A DNA stretch of 64,000 nucleotides, taken from assembly GCA_965197905.1 (NCBI GenBank), contig CBDAOB010000005.1:384001-448000 (forward strand), given 5' to 3'. Below are positions 31,487-41,324 of the stretch, piece after piece (positions within the stretch are counted from its first letter, which is position 1; every line of letters starts with the position of its first letter). Under the pieces are notes generated by a model. That model was not told the origin of the DNA. It worked only from the letters and a program-made list of their open reading frames with translations, and did no database searches. Source of the stretch: Candidatus Latescibacterota bacterium (GTDB taxonomy: Bacteria > Latescibacterota > UBA2968 > UBA8231). Both the position numbers and the translations under genes were made by a program.

Positions 31487-33169
31487 ATGTCCAGACCCAA
31501 TGTGGTTATCGTCATCATGGACGATCTGGCATACGGCGATCTCGCCTGTCACGGGAATCCGTACACTAGGACGCCAAACTTGGACCGGCTCCACGGAGAA
31601 AGCACGCGTCTGACGCGATACCTTTCCGGCCCCGTTTGCACGCCCGCCCGGGCGGCTCTGTTTACTGGCCGGCATCCCTATAGGACGCGCGCTTTCGACA
31701 CCTATCTGGGCCGCTCGATGATCGATCCGGAGGAGGTGACTTTGGCCGAACTGCTACGTGATGGAGGGTACGCCACCGGTTTGTTCGGCAAGTGGCACCT
31801 GGGCGATTGTTATCCCAGCCGTCCGATCGACAAGGGTTTTGAGGAATGTCTCATGCACCGTGGCGGCGGTTTGTGCCAGCCGTCGGATGTGGGCCGTGGC
31901 AGCTATTTCGATCCCGACTTGATGCACAACGGACAACTGCAACGCTATTACGGCTATTGCACCGACATCTTCTTTGATGAAGCGCTCAAATTCATAGAGC
32001 GAAGCGCGGAGCCACCCTTCTTTGCCTATATGGGTACCAACGCTCCGCACAACCCGCTGGACGTGGCCGAGGACTGGAGCGCGCCTTACCGGGACATGGG
32101 GCTCAACGAACCCCTCGCCCGGCTCTACGGCATGGTCGAGAATATCGACTACAATCTTGGTCGGCTGACGCAGAAACTGGAGGATCTCGGCGTCGCCGAG
32201 GATACGATCATCATCTACACCTCCGACCACGGCCCGTGTCGGTCATCGCCGGATGAACGCGGCAGGATCCGCTTTAACGCGGGCCTCAGGGGCTCAAAGA
32301 TGGAATTGTATGAAGGCGGGATCAAGGTTCCCTTTTTCGTTCGCTGGCCTGGAAAGATAGCTGCGGGTCGGGATCTCGACCGCATCGCCAATCCAATAGA
32401 TCTGTTGCCGACGGCATGTTCAGCGGCCGTTATTGACCCGCCGATGGATCGGACTATTGACGGCCTGAACCTCTTGCCTCTGCTCAAAGGCGAAACGGAG
32501 GTTACAGCCTGGCCGGAGCGCACTATCTGCATGCAGTGGCACCGTGGGGATGCCGCGGAACGTTACCGCAACTACGCCGCCATCAGCCAGCGCTACAAGC
32601 TGCTCCGACCCAGGGGTGATCAAGAGGACGAGCTTTACGATCTAGAAAGTGATGCGGCGGAAGAGCGCGACATAAGCCGTGAGCATCCCGAAGTAGTTGC
32701 ATCCATGCGGCACGAGTATGACCGCTGGTTCGACGATGTGTCCAGCACGCGGCCTGACAACTTCGCGGCGCCGCGCATCATCATTGGGAGCGAGCACGAA
32801 AATCCCACCAGGCTGACCCGTCAGGACTGGCGCCTCTATGGCGAGGAGGAGGGGTGGGACGCAGATCATCCTGGATTCTGGACGGTCGAGATTGCCGCAA
32901 AAGGGATCTACTCTCTACTCATAGAGACGGAATATCTTGCGGGCATGAGTAACGCCACCCTGCATTTCAGATGCGGCGACCTGCGCATCGAACACAAAAT
33001 AATCTGTCGCGACGATGTTCCCCACTCATCAAACAGAGACCGGGGAGAATTCGCCTTTGAAAGGGTCGAGCTCGGACGCGGCGAGCACACGTTGGAGGCC
33101 TACCTCGAACTGGAAGGGCAAAAAAGGGGGGTACGACGAGTAACTATTGGGAAGCGCTCGAGGTACTGA
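31487..33169 (+). CDS. Arylsulfatase (formylglycine-dependent, Cys type)
   Basis: RPNVVIVIMDDL, CTPARAALFTG (CxPxR), GKWHLG, TSDHG, LRGSK..LYEGG and ELYDL. Confidence 0.95.
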   Translation: MSRPNVVIVIMDDLAYGDLACHGNPYTRTPNLDRLHGESTRLTRYLSGPVCTPARAALFTGRHPYRTRAFDTYLGRSMIDPEEVTLAELLRDGGYATGLFGKWHLGDCYPSRPIDKGFEECLMHRGGGLCQPSDVGRGSYFDPDLMHNGQLQRYYGYCTDIFFDEALKFIERSAEPPFFAYMGTNAPHNPLDVAEDWSAPYRDMGLNEPLARLYGMVENIDYNLGRLTQKLEDLGVAEDTIIIYTSDHGPCRSSPDERGRIRFNAGLRGSKMELYEGGIKVPFFVRWPGKIAAGRDLDRIANPIDLLPTACSAAVIDPPMDRTIDGLNLLPLLKGETEVTAWPERTICMQWHRGDAAERYRNYAAISQRYKLLRPRGDQEDELYDLESDAAEERDISREHPEVVASMRHEYDRWFDDVSSTRPDNFAAPRIIIGSEHENPTRLTRQDWRLYGEEEGWDADHPGFWTVEIAAKGIYSLLIETEYLAGMSNATLHFRCGDLRIEHKIICRDDVPHSSNRDRGEFAFERVELGRGEHTLEAYLELEGQKRGVRRVTIGKRSRY

Positions 33170-33202
33170 CAACCGATCATTCGTCCGGAAAACTCCGAAC
33201 CG

Positions 33203-34075
33203 CTAGATCCGGTACAACGCTTCGGCGTTTTTCGAAAACATTGCGTTTTGCTCCGAGTCGCTGAAATCGGCGATGATCTCGGTATAGGCGTCGACGAGCA
33301 CGTCGTAGGTGCTGAATAGCCAGTCGACTGGCCAGTTGCTTGCAAAGAAACACCTGCCCGGGCCAAAGGTTTCTATGGAGTGCAGCACGTAGGGCCGGAT
33401 GCTGTCAACGCTCCAGTTGTTGTCACCCATGCCCATGCCGGAAATCTTCCACGAAATGTTGTCCGCCTGCGATGCGGCAACTACGCCCTGCTTCCAATTC
33501 TGGAAGTACTCGTAGTTGCGTTCGGTTGGGAAACCCGTGTGATCGACCACAATCGCGATGTTCGGGAACCTGGAGGCGAGGTCGCGCAACTTTTTCATCT
33601 CCTGCCACTCGACCGCGATACTGGCAACCAGGTTGTAACGTTCGAGCAGGGCAAAGCCGCGGTGGAATTCCGGTTCAACCAGGTAGTCGCCGTATGAGAA
33701 GTCGCGAACCCCTCGCATGTTGGCGAATTCGCAGTGTCGGACCAGGATCTCCTCCACATTCGAGCTGCGCAGATCGGCCTCGGCAACAATACCGCTTGGG
33801 TATCCAGTACGTTCTGCGGCCTCCTGGAGCCACTCGGTCTCCTTGACGGGATCTTCGGTTCCGATGGCTGCCTGAACGTGGATTGATTTGACCACGTTCG
33901 AATCTCGCGTCTCCACAATATAGTCTTCTGCCAGGTAGTTCCGTTCTGCCAGCTTCTGAATCTGTTCGCCGAGGAACGCGTGCGGAACACCAGGTTGCCA
34001 ATGACCGTAGTGCAGCACAGGGTGCTGCATGTCGTAATAATAGACGTGTGCGTCGACGAACTCCAGCTTGTTCAG
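33203..34075 (-). CDS. Amidohydrolase_2 / COG3618 (LigI, fuconolactonase-like) protein
   Basis: FVDAHV, SIHVQA, ETEWL, RGVR, VVDHTG.P, KISG and FGPGRCFFASNWP. Start uncertain; the best RBS (GGAG) points to a CTG at 34075. Confidence 0.85.
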   Translation of the reverse strand: MNKLEFVDAHVYYYDMQHPVLHYGHWQPGVPHAFLGEQIQKLAERNYLAEDYIVETRDSNVVKSIHVQAAIGTEDPVKETEWLQEAAERTGYPSGIVAEADLRSSNVEEILVRHCEFANMRGVRDFSYGDYLVEPEFHRGFALLERYNLVASIAVEWQEMKKLRDLASRFPNIAIVVDHTGFPTERNYEYFQNWKQGVVAASQADNISWKISGMGMGDNNWSVDSIRPYVLHSIETFGPGRCFFASNWPVDWLFSTYDVLVDAYTEIIADFSDSEQNAMFSKNAEALYRI

Positions 34076-34313
34076 GAGGCACTCCGGGGTACACGTTCCA
34101 TCAATCACCTCTCTTCTGTGGGTACCACCCACCAAACCTAAACGCTTCGTAACGAAACCGGGGCGTCCTTCCTCTGGTGATAGCAATCGTGAGGGATTCT
34201 AGCGACTCGTTGGGCGGGTGTCAACGCGTCGCTTGACCAACTCTCCGAGACTCACCAAGTTTTCACGGCAATGCGGGGCGATGCCTCGTCACCCACTTAG
34301 CTTTCTCAGAGTT

Positions 34314-35396
34314 ATGACTATATCGAAACGATTTTCGGAAACCCGCTTTGCTGCCGGTGTCGTCGGCAGCCTGCCACGCCCCCTGATGGTCAAGGAGATG
34401 CTGCCGGAGGTGCCCGGCGCGGATTCAGTTGAGGTGGCCCAATCGCCGCAGATGGATGCGGCCGTTCGCTACGCCATCACCATGCAGGAGTTGGCCGGGC
34501 TCGACCTCGTTAGCGATGGGGAGTGGCGCCGCCACGCCTATACCCACGTCATCGCCGACATCGCCAACGGCTTTGCAGCTGACCACCGCACTGAAATGCA
34601 ACGTTGGGGCATCTCCGTCAGCGAGCCGATGGAGGTGGTGCGGCCTGGACTGATCGCCGAAGAAGCCCGCTTTCTCGTCGCCGCTACCGACCGGATGACC
34701 AAGGTTTGTGTACCTTCGCCTTATCTGCTCGGCGTCCGGCTTTGGGAACAGGAGTTTTCTTCCAGGTCCTATGCCACGCGCGATAATTTCATCGATGCCC
34801 TCGTGCCGATTCTCCGACATGAGTTGCTTGAGGTGCAGAGGACGGGAGTCACGGTGGTGCAGATCGACGAGCCGCACCTGTGCGTGCTGGTCGATCCGGA
34901 GTACCGGAATTCCTTCGAGGACGCCCAATACGAGATGGACTTGGCTGCCGACAAGATTAACGAGATGTTGGATGGCGTCGAAGGGGTGCAGACAGCGCTT
35001 CACCTGTGCCGGCGAAACTGGGGGCGCAAAGGCTGGGGCGCGGAAGGCGGCTACGATCCGATCATCGAAACCATGAAGAAGATCGCAGTAGATCAGTACG
35101 TAATGGAGTTCAGCATCCCCGTCGCCGGCGACGGGGCCATTCTACAGGAGCTGCCGGAAGACAAGCTCATCGGCCTGGGTGCGGTTGAGTGCCGTTTCGA
35201 GAAGATCGATTCGACGGATGAAATCGTCGGTAGGGTGGAAGAGGCGCTGAAATATGTGGGGCCGGAACGGTTGAGCATCAATCCCGATTGCGGCTTCTCT
35301 CCCGGCCTCGAAGGTGCCATGCCGCTGGAAGAGCCGTACCAGAAGCTGAAAAACGAAGCTGACGCGGCCCGGCGGCTGCGGCAGCTGTATGGATAG
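34314..35396 (+). CDS. Cobalamin-independent methionine synthase II (MetE C-terminal/UROD-like) family Zn enzyme
   Basis: VVGSLPRP, QELAGLDLVSDGEWRR, VQIDEP, HLCRRN (HxC), MEF and NPDCGF. Confidence 0.9.
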   Translation: MTISKRFSETRFAAGVVGSLPRPLMVKEMLPEVPGADSVEVAQSPQMDAAVRYAITMQELAGLDLVSDGEWRRHAYTHVIADIANGFAADHRTEMQRWGISVSEPMEVVRPGLIAEEARFLVAATDRMTKVCVPSPYLLGVRLWEQEFSSRSYATRDNFIDALVPILRHELLEVQRTGVTVVQIDEPHLCVLVDPEYRNSFEDAQYEMDLAADKINEMLDGVEGVQTALHLCRRNWGRKGWGAEGGYDPIIETMKKIAVDQYVMEFSIPVAGDGAILQELPEDKLIGLGAVECRFEKIDSTDEIVGRVEEALKYVGPERLSINPDCGFSPGLEGAMPLEEPYQKLKNEADAARRLRQLYG

Positions 35397-37080
35397 CGCT
35401 GAGTCGATGGCTGGCTCCCGTGAACGTCTCCCAGGGCCACTCCCTACTTCGTCGCCAAAGACGACTCACCAGCCATGCCTCGTTCTCAGCAGTGAGGACC
35501 ACGAACACTTCGTCGAACACGGTTATGTGGTTGTGCACGATGCCGTGCCGCCGGAAACCATCGCGGCAGCGGTCGCGGCCCTGGAGGATGACGGGTCCGA
35601 TCCCGACCACCGACGGGAGGCCGTGGCAGCATGTTTCACCGAAATGATGCTGGACGCCATCGGCGAACTGTTCGGTACCGCCTACCCGTTTCAACGCCGG
35701 CCTGCCGGTTACGATATGCCGCGTCCGTACGAGCCGGATGTTTCGTGGCCGCTGCCGAGCGCCCACGTAGACGACTGCTATCCTACTATGATGCCCAATG
35801 GCTGGGCCCTGGGGTCCTTCGTCTTTCTCACGCCAGTGCGGTCCCACGGCGGCGCCTTCATCTGTTTCCCGGGATCACACCGGCGCTACCGCATGGTGAT
35901 GTCGCGCGGCTGGCAAGGCATAAAGGAGGTCGTCCCGGAGCTCGAGCATGCCGGTCCGGGACACGAGTTCCTGGCCGACCCGGGCGACGTTCTGCTCTTC
36001 CACCACATTCTAGGTCACACGGGCTCCAACAACACCGTCGATCCCTCCACTCGTCACGCACTTTTGTCACGCTGGCTGCCCAATCGTCGAATAGTGCCCG
36101 GGGCCAAGCCGTTCGATCGCATGTCAACCATCGAAAAAGTCAATTCGGCGCGTTATCTGGCGCACCGATTCCACATCGATCTGCCCGTGCACTCGTCGCC
36201 ACCTACCGAGCGTGCCGCCAGGGCGCTGGCCGACGGCGTCGCACCCTGGGATGACGTCATCGGTATGGCCCTCCTCCACTTCGGCTGTGGCGGCCATCTG
36301 TTCTACAACGAAACCTCGGCGCCCGGTCTCGTGCAGCGTCTGGTCAGCGAGGATCTCATCGACTGGCGGCGGACCGAGCCTATCGACCTGAGGATCGGTC
36401 CCATCCGCGCCCTGCAGTTTCATCAATACGGCAGCATGGCGATCCTGGGAGCCAGCACCGCCGCCGCCCCCCCGCGGATGGTTCTGTATGCTTCAACGGA
36501 CATGGATCAGTGGACCGAGCTGGCTGCCATCGACGGCTGTTCCACCGGAACTCCCTGGTATATCTATCCTAAATATCCAAGCGTCGTGGCTGGAGGGCAG
36601 GCCGTGTATTTCGTGCCGTCAGGGCATAATTCGCAGGTGCTCTGCTCCTGGGGCGAAGAGTGGAGCGGGGCAAGTGATTGGAAACCAAGGTCGGTGGCGG
36701 TAGACACCGAAGATGGCCGCGAGATCCAGGACGTGACCGTGGATATACACCACGGCGATTCAGGGTGTACGATCGTGGTGGATGTTAGGGGAGGCAGCCA
36801 CGCTGCGGAATCGGAACCTCACTACGCGCAGCCGAAGGACATCGCCGTGGCGGACGGGCCGCTACGGCCGTTGGCCCACTCCTGTGCCACTCCGCCGAGC
36901 CAGATCAGGATCTTCAATCGGGCGCAGGGCTACTGGATGATGACCTATCTTCGCCGGCACCAGGGTCAGAAGCGTCTGTTCTGGGGGTATATAGATTGGG
37001 AGGAGGAAGCGCCCGCCCTGCGGCAGCTGGCCACCGTCGAGGCGTTCGAAAACGCCAAAGCGATTGTGGGGATGATCTGA
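35389..37080 (+). CDS. PhyH-family dioxygenase fused to an unknown beta-rich C-terminal domain
   Basis: FVEHGYVV, AHVD (HxD), GGAF..FPGSH and GDVLLFHHILGH..S.N; the C-terminal half has SEDLIDW and STDMDQW motifs typical of beta-propellers (inference). Confidence 0.82.
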   Translation: MDSAESMAGSRERLPGPLPTSSPKTTHQPCLVLSSEDHEHFVEHGYVVVHDAVPPETIAAAVAALEDDGSDPDHRREAVAACFTEMMLDAIGELFGTAYPFQRRPAGYDMPRPYEPDVSWPLPSAHVDDCYPTMMPNGWALGSFVFLTPVRSHGGAFICFPGSHRRYRMVMSRGWQGIKEVVPELEHAGPGHEFLADPGDVLLFHHILGHTGSNNTVDPSTRHALLSRWLPNRRIVPGAKPFDRMSTIEKVNSARYLAHRFHIDLPVHSSPPTERAARALADGVAPWDDVIGMALLHFGCGGHLFYNETSAPGLVQRLVSEDLIDWRRTEPIDLRIGPIRALQFHQYGSMAILGASTAAAPPRMVLYASTDMDQWTELAAIDGCSTGTPWYIYPKYPSVVAGGQAVYFVPSGHNSQVLCSWGEEWSGASDWKPRSVAVDTEDGREIQDVTVDIHHGDSGCTIVVDVRGGSHAAESEPHYAQPKDIAVADGPLRPLAHSCATPPSQIRIFNRAQGYWMMTYLRRHQGQKRLFWGYIDWEEEAPALRQLATVEAFENAKAIVGMI

Positions 37081-37103
37081 GATTTCCACACGCTCCGCGA
37101 GGG

Positions 37104-39077
37104 ATGAACAGGACTGACACAGCAAATATGCTGGTGGAATATTTCGAGCGCATGAGCACTCCAAAGCCGTTCACCATTCGCGCCGGGGATGAGCTGGAAG
37201 CCCATCAGGTCGATCTCAGGGAAAAGCTGCTCAAATCCATCAACTTGTATCCGACCCCCGAGCGGGTTCCACTGAATTTACGGGTCTCCGACGCCCTCAA
37301 TCACCCATGGTGCACCGTTCGCCATGTGTGCTACCAGCTCTGGCCGGAGATCTATTCAGACGGTTTCCTCTACCTTCCCAAGCGGTTCGCCGAAGAACCG
37401 GCACCGGGAATGCTGTGTCCCCACGGACATTGGGCTCATGGCGCGGCGGACGCGGCCGTACAGACTCGATGCCTGGTCTTCGCCAAGAAAGGGTACGTGG
37501 TTTTCTCATCCAGGCAGCACCACTTCGAGGATCTGCAGATCGGCGTGTCTCATCAAACCGTCATGGTATGGAACAATATGCGGGCCCTGGATTTTCTGTG
37601 CTCGCTCGACGAGGTCGACGACGCTCGCATCGGGTGCTGCGGCTGCTCGGGTGGCGGGCTGCAAACGGAGATGCTGGCTGCCCTCGACGAGCGGGTGAAC
37701 GCAGCGACCATCGTCGGGATGACCTGCGACTTCCGCGAGATTCTGTTTCCGCATAAAGCCCATTGCGCCTGCAACCACTTTCCGGATGTCATGCAGTATA
37801 CAGATCATCCAGAGATCAGCACCCTGAGGGCTCCCAGACCCATCCAGTACCTGACGATGGACGACTGGACCGCGACCTTCGAACAGACCAATTTCCCAAC
37901 CATTCGCGAGCTCTATGCGGCCGGCGAAGCGACCGACAAGACGGAGTGTACCTATTGGGAGACTCCACATTCCTACGATACCCCCAAGCGCGAGCGCACC
38001 TACTGGTGGATGGACCGGTGGCTGACCGATACCGCGGTCTCCAGCCCCGAAGGGGAACCTGCAGAGGTGGCGGTATTTCGGAAGGAACAATTTTATCAGC
38101 TCCAGGTGGAGGTGGATGGAGATCGGGGTATTTCGTCGGTCGGGGCTCATCTCCGCCACGTTCAAGGTTACCGGACTCCCGCCCTCAAGACGCGCCGCGA
38201 GTGGCAGCATTATCGCCGGGAGATGACGGCGATTTTGCGAGAATTGTTAGGAGAGAAGGCACGGCTCAGACGCCGAACAAGAAAACCCGAGAGACTCACC
38301 ACCGAAGAGTGGCATGAGTTGGAGGTCGAGCGGGTGCTCTATCCCAGCGAGGGATCCCTCAGGGTTTCCGCTGTGCTCCTGCGTTCAATCGAAGAGCAGG
38401 GCCGGCGGCCAGTGGTCGTGATTTGCGATGCCGCTGGCAAGGAGGCGACCCTCCAGCGTGCCGGCGCCGATTCCCCGGCAGTCCTTGCAAGGAACGGTGC
38501 GCTTGTCGCCCTGGTCGATGTCCGGTTTTCCGGAGCCCTGTCGTTGGCTGAGCTGTCGGGCGGAGTCCTGCAAGACTCTCTGCGGTTCAAGGCGGTGAGC
38601 ATGCCGGCAGCTTCAGAGAAGACCCGGCTGTCTTCGGTATGGTTCAGAAACTCAATCTTGTGGGGCAGGCCTCTGCCGGCAATGGCATGCACCGATATCC
38701 GCGCAGTATTGGATGGGCTCTCCACGCGCCGCGACGTCGACATTGAAAACGTTCGCATCGTCAGCCGCGGTTCGTTTCTGCTGGCGGCGGCTGCCCTTTT
38801 CGCGGCGATTCTCGACCGCCGCTTCGGGTTCGTGGATCTCGATCTTCTCCACTCCTGTTTCGCCAAGGTGGAAAAGGAGGGTGGTGATTCCAACCAGGAT
38901 GAGCCGGTGGTTGTACCCTTCATTCTGCAACACGGCGATATCCTTCAATGGGCTGCTCTCGCCGCCGACCGGCAACTCACCTTGCGTCACCTGCCGCAGG
39001 AGGCGGGGAGCATTGACTGGATGCAATCCGTGTTCTCGGTGCTCAACAACCCCGATGGACTCTCGGTGCCGCCGTGA
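37104..39077 (+). CDS. Two-domain alpha/beta hydrolase (acetylxylan-esterase-like)
   Basis: LCPHGHW, RALDFL...VD..RIG..GCSGGG nucleophile elbow, APRP and H.Y; second domain with D.R.SG and LWGRPL...D lacks an obvious nucleophile. Confidence 0.85.
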   Translation: MNRTDTANMLVEYFERMSTPKPFTIRAGDELEAHQVDLREKLLKSINLYPTPERVPLNLRVSDALNHPWCTVRHVCYQLWPEIYSDGFLYLPKRFAEEPAPGMLCPHGHWAHGAADAAVQTRCLVFAKKGYVVFSSRQHHFEDLQIGVSHQTVMVWNNMRALDFLCSLDEVDDARIGCCGCSGGGLQTEMLAALDERVNAATIVGMTCDFREILFPHKAHCACNHFPDVMQYTDHPEISTLRAPRPIQYLTMDDWTATFEQTNFPTIRELYAAGEATDKTECTYWETPHSYDTPKRERTYWWMDRWLTDTAVSSPEGEPAEVAVFRKEQFYQLQVEVDGDRGISSVGAHLRHVQGYRTPALKTRREWQHYRREMTAILRELLGEKARLRRRTRKPERLTTEEWHELEVERVLYPSEGSLRVSAVLLRSIEEQGRRPVVVICDAAGKEATLQRAGADSPAVLARNGALVALVDVRFSGALSLAELSGGVLQDSLRFKAVSMPAASEKTRLSSVWFRNSILWGRPLPAMACTDIRAVLDGLSTRRDVDIENVRIVSRGSFLLAAAALFAAILDRRFGFVDLDLLHSCFAKVEKEGGDSNQDEPVVVPFILQHGDILQWAALAADRQLTLRHLPQEAGSIDWMQSVFSVLNNPDGLSVPP

Positions 39078-39173
39078 AGGGTACCGTGCAAACTGGGCGC
39101 CAGGGGGATTTATTGGCGATAGTAACCTCGAGAAAGGGACAAACAGCCGGGAGCTAAGCAGGAGACCTTTTCG

Positions 39174-40310
39174 ATGAAGATTACCGATCTTGAAACGATC
39201 GCCCTCAAGGATAGCGGGGCTGACGGCGAAACGATTGTACGGGTGCATACAGACACCGGGGTGACCGGCTTGGGCCAGGCCGAGTCACCTTCTCTGGTAA
39301 TCGATGCCGTTCTTCATTGTGAAGGCGGTCTAGAGCAACTCCTGCAGGGCGAGGATCCACTGCAGGTGGAGCGACTGTGGCAGAAGATGTATGCGGGTAC
39401 CGGCCTGTTCGGCCGCCGCGGCGTAACCATAGCGGCGATCGGCGCTGTCGAAACGGCGCTGTGGGATATCGCTGGCAAGGCACAAGGAAAGCCAGTTTGT
39501 GAGCTGATCTGGCAGGCTTGCTGCACCGTGCGCGACCTTGGAGATATCAAGGACAGAATTACGCCGTACGCCACCGTGTATTCACCTGGTGACACCATCG
39601 AAGAAACCCGGGAGCGTTTCGCGACGGTTGCCGAAAAAGGATTCCGTGCCGTCAAGCTAGAGGAGTGGCCCGGAGGATTTGCCCGGGTTGATCTCCAGCG
39701 TGATGTGGAGGTGACGCGGGCAGTTCGAGAGACCATTGGCCCGGACGTGGACCTGCTAATCGACGTCCAGAATCAGTGGCGCGAGGTCGGGCAAGCGGTG
39801 GAGACCATTCGCGCGATCGAGGAGTTTCGCCCGTTTTTCATCGAGGCGCCGCTGCCGGCGGACAATCTCGATGGCTACGCCCGACTGGCCGACACGGTAG
39901 ACACCCGGATTGCGGTGGGGGACTGGGGGTTTTCCACGCGCTTCGAATTCGAAGATATAATGAATCGTGGGCGGGTCGACGTGGTCCAACCGAGCGCGGT
40001 ACGCTCCGGAGGCATGCGGGAGATAAGCCGCATCGCCGAGGCGGCGTTTCGACGAGGTTTACTCTGCGTTCCTCACGCCTGGTGCCATATGGTGGGAGTA
40101 GCTGCGGAGATTCACCTGGCCGCCGTCTTGCCCAACATGCCGTATATCGAGACCCCAATGGCCTATCCGGACTCGCCGATTATCTCCGAACTGCTGGATC
40201 CGAAACCCAAGCTTGATGAAAACGGGCAGTTCGAAGTGCCTAAACGACCGGGGCTGGGATTCGAGCTGAATGAAGAAGTAGTGGCAAAGTTTCGGGTTGA
40301 TCCTTACTAG
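39174..40310 (+). CDS. Mandelate racemase/muconate lactonizing enzyme family protein
   Basis: MKITD, TDTGVTGLG, VETALWDIAGK, LLIDV, FIEAP, VPHAW and RPGLGFE. Confidence 0.92.
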   Translation: MKITDLETIALKDSGADGETIVRVHTDTGVTGLGQAESPSLVIDAVLHCEGGLEQLLQGEDPLQVERLWQKMYAGTGLFGRRGVTIAAIGAVETALWDIAGKAQGKPVCELIWQACCTVRDLGDIKDRITPYATVYSPGDTIEETRERFATVAEKGFRAVKLEEWPGGFARVDLQRDVEVTRAVRETIGPDVDLLIDVQNQWREVGQAVETIRAIEEFRPFFIEAPLPADNLDGYARLADTVDTRIAVGDWGFSTRFEFEDIMNRGRVDVVQPSAVRSGGMREISRIAEAAFRRGLLCVPHAWCHMVGVAAEIHLAAVLPNMPYIETPMAYPDSPIISELLDPKPKLDENGQFEVPKRPGLGFELNEEVVAKFRVDPY

Positions 40311-40330
40311 AGGTCGTAGGGAGATCTGAC

Positions 40331-41164
40331 ATGGATTTCGTAAGAATCACTGGAGAACAACGCGCATCCTTTGACGAAAACGGTTTCCTCGTTGTGCCGG
40401 ACGTCATCGACGCGGACACCGTTGATGAACTGATCCAGGCCGGTGACCCGCTGATGACCGAATTTCTCCACACCGAAGGTGAATACTACCGCTCGCGTCG
40501 CGAAGAAATCGTGCAGCACGCGCCGTTCAGCGCTCTGATCTCTTATTCTCGCACGGTCCCTCTGGTTGTACAGCTGTTGACGCCTCAGATCCATCTCCAC
40601 ACTGCTTCGCTCATCTACAAGAAACCGCAGGATCCAGCTACGGCGCAGCAAGACAGGGGCTGGCACCGCGATATCGGCATTCAGGAGGATCTCGGACACG
40701 CCGGCTTGCCTCGCGTCGGCATAAAGGTCTGCTACTGTCTCACAGACTTCCACGAGCCGAACTCAGGGATGACCCTCTTGGCGCGCTCCACCAACCGGAG
40801 TCAGCGTGTCCTCCGCATCCCCGCGGGCGAGTGTGACCCTGAAGAAAAAGTCGATCCGATCCTGAACGCCGGCGACGCCATCCTCTTCGAGAATCGCACC
40901 TTCCATTCGGCGGCGCCCAACCTCAGCAGGCGTGTCTCCAAGGTGATCATGTATGGGTATGCCTATCGCTGGATGCGGCCCGACATCAATCTTGACCTGC
41001 TCGATACGAACGCTCCCTGGCTGCGGGAGCTGAGCGACATCGACAAGCAGCTTCTGGGCACCGATGGCTATCACGACCTTCTCAATCCAGCTCGTCCCCT
41101 GCTTGAGTGGGCGCATACTCATGGGGTGAACCAGCTGGCCGATTACAACGAAACTGAAGCTTGA
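40331..41164 (+). CDS. PhyH-family Fe(II)/2-oxoglutarate dioxygenase
   Basis: FDENGFLVV, GWHRD, AGDAILF..RTFHSA.PN.S and YGYAYRW. Confidence 0.92.
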   Translation: MDFVRITGEQRASFDENGFLVVPDVIDADTVDELIQAGDPLMTEFLHTEGEYYRSRREEIVQHAPFSALISYSRTVPLVVQLLTPQIHLHTASLIYKKPQDPATAQQDRGWHRDIGIQEDLGHAGLPRVGIKVCYCLTDFHEPNSGMTLLARSTNRSQRVLRIPAGECDPEEKVDPILNAGDAILFENRTFHSAAPNLSRRVSKVIMYGYAYRWMRPDINLDLLDTNAPWLRELSDIDKQLLGTDGYHDLLNPARPLLEWAHTHGVNQLADYNETEA

Positions 41165-41242
41165 GGTGCCACCCTCGTAGAGGCGTAGCCTCTGCCAAGG
41201 GGTATGAGCACTTTCTTCCCACTGGGAAAGAAAGGCACCTCA
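41162..41242. other. Predicted three-way-junction stem-loop element between convergent genes
   Basis: TGAGGTGCC (41162-41170) pairs with GGCACCTCA (41234-41242) and encloses two hairpins, AGAGGC-GTA-GCCTCT and TTTCTTCCC-ACT-GGGAAAGAAA. Confidence 0.55.
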
Positions 41243-41324
41243 GCCGGGTTCGATTGCGTCGGGAAGGAAGGCTGGAGGACTCGGAGGGATTTGTTAGTCC
41301 CCCGGAAAATATACGGAACCACTT

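Noticed and set aside
34076..34313. SAM or cobalamin riboswitch upstream of the MetE-like gene
   Set aside because: No recognisable SAM-I/II or B12-box motifs; only short dyads such as TTCGT-A-ACGAA.
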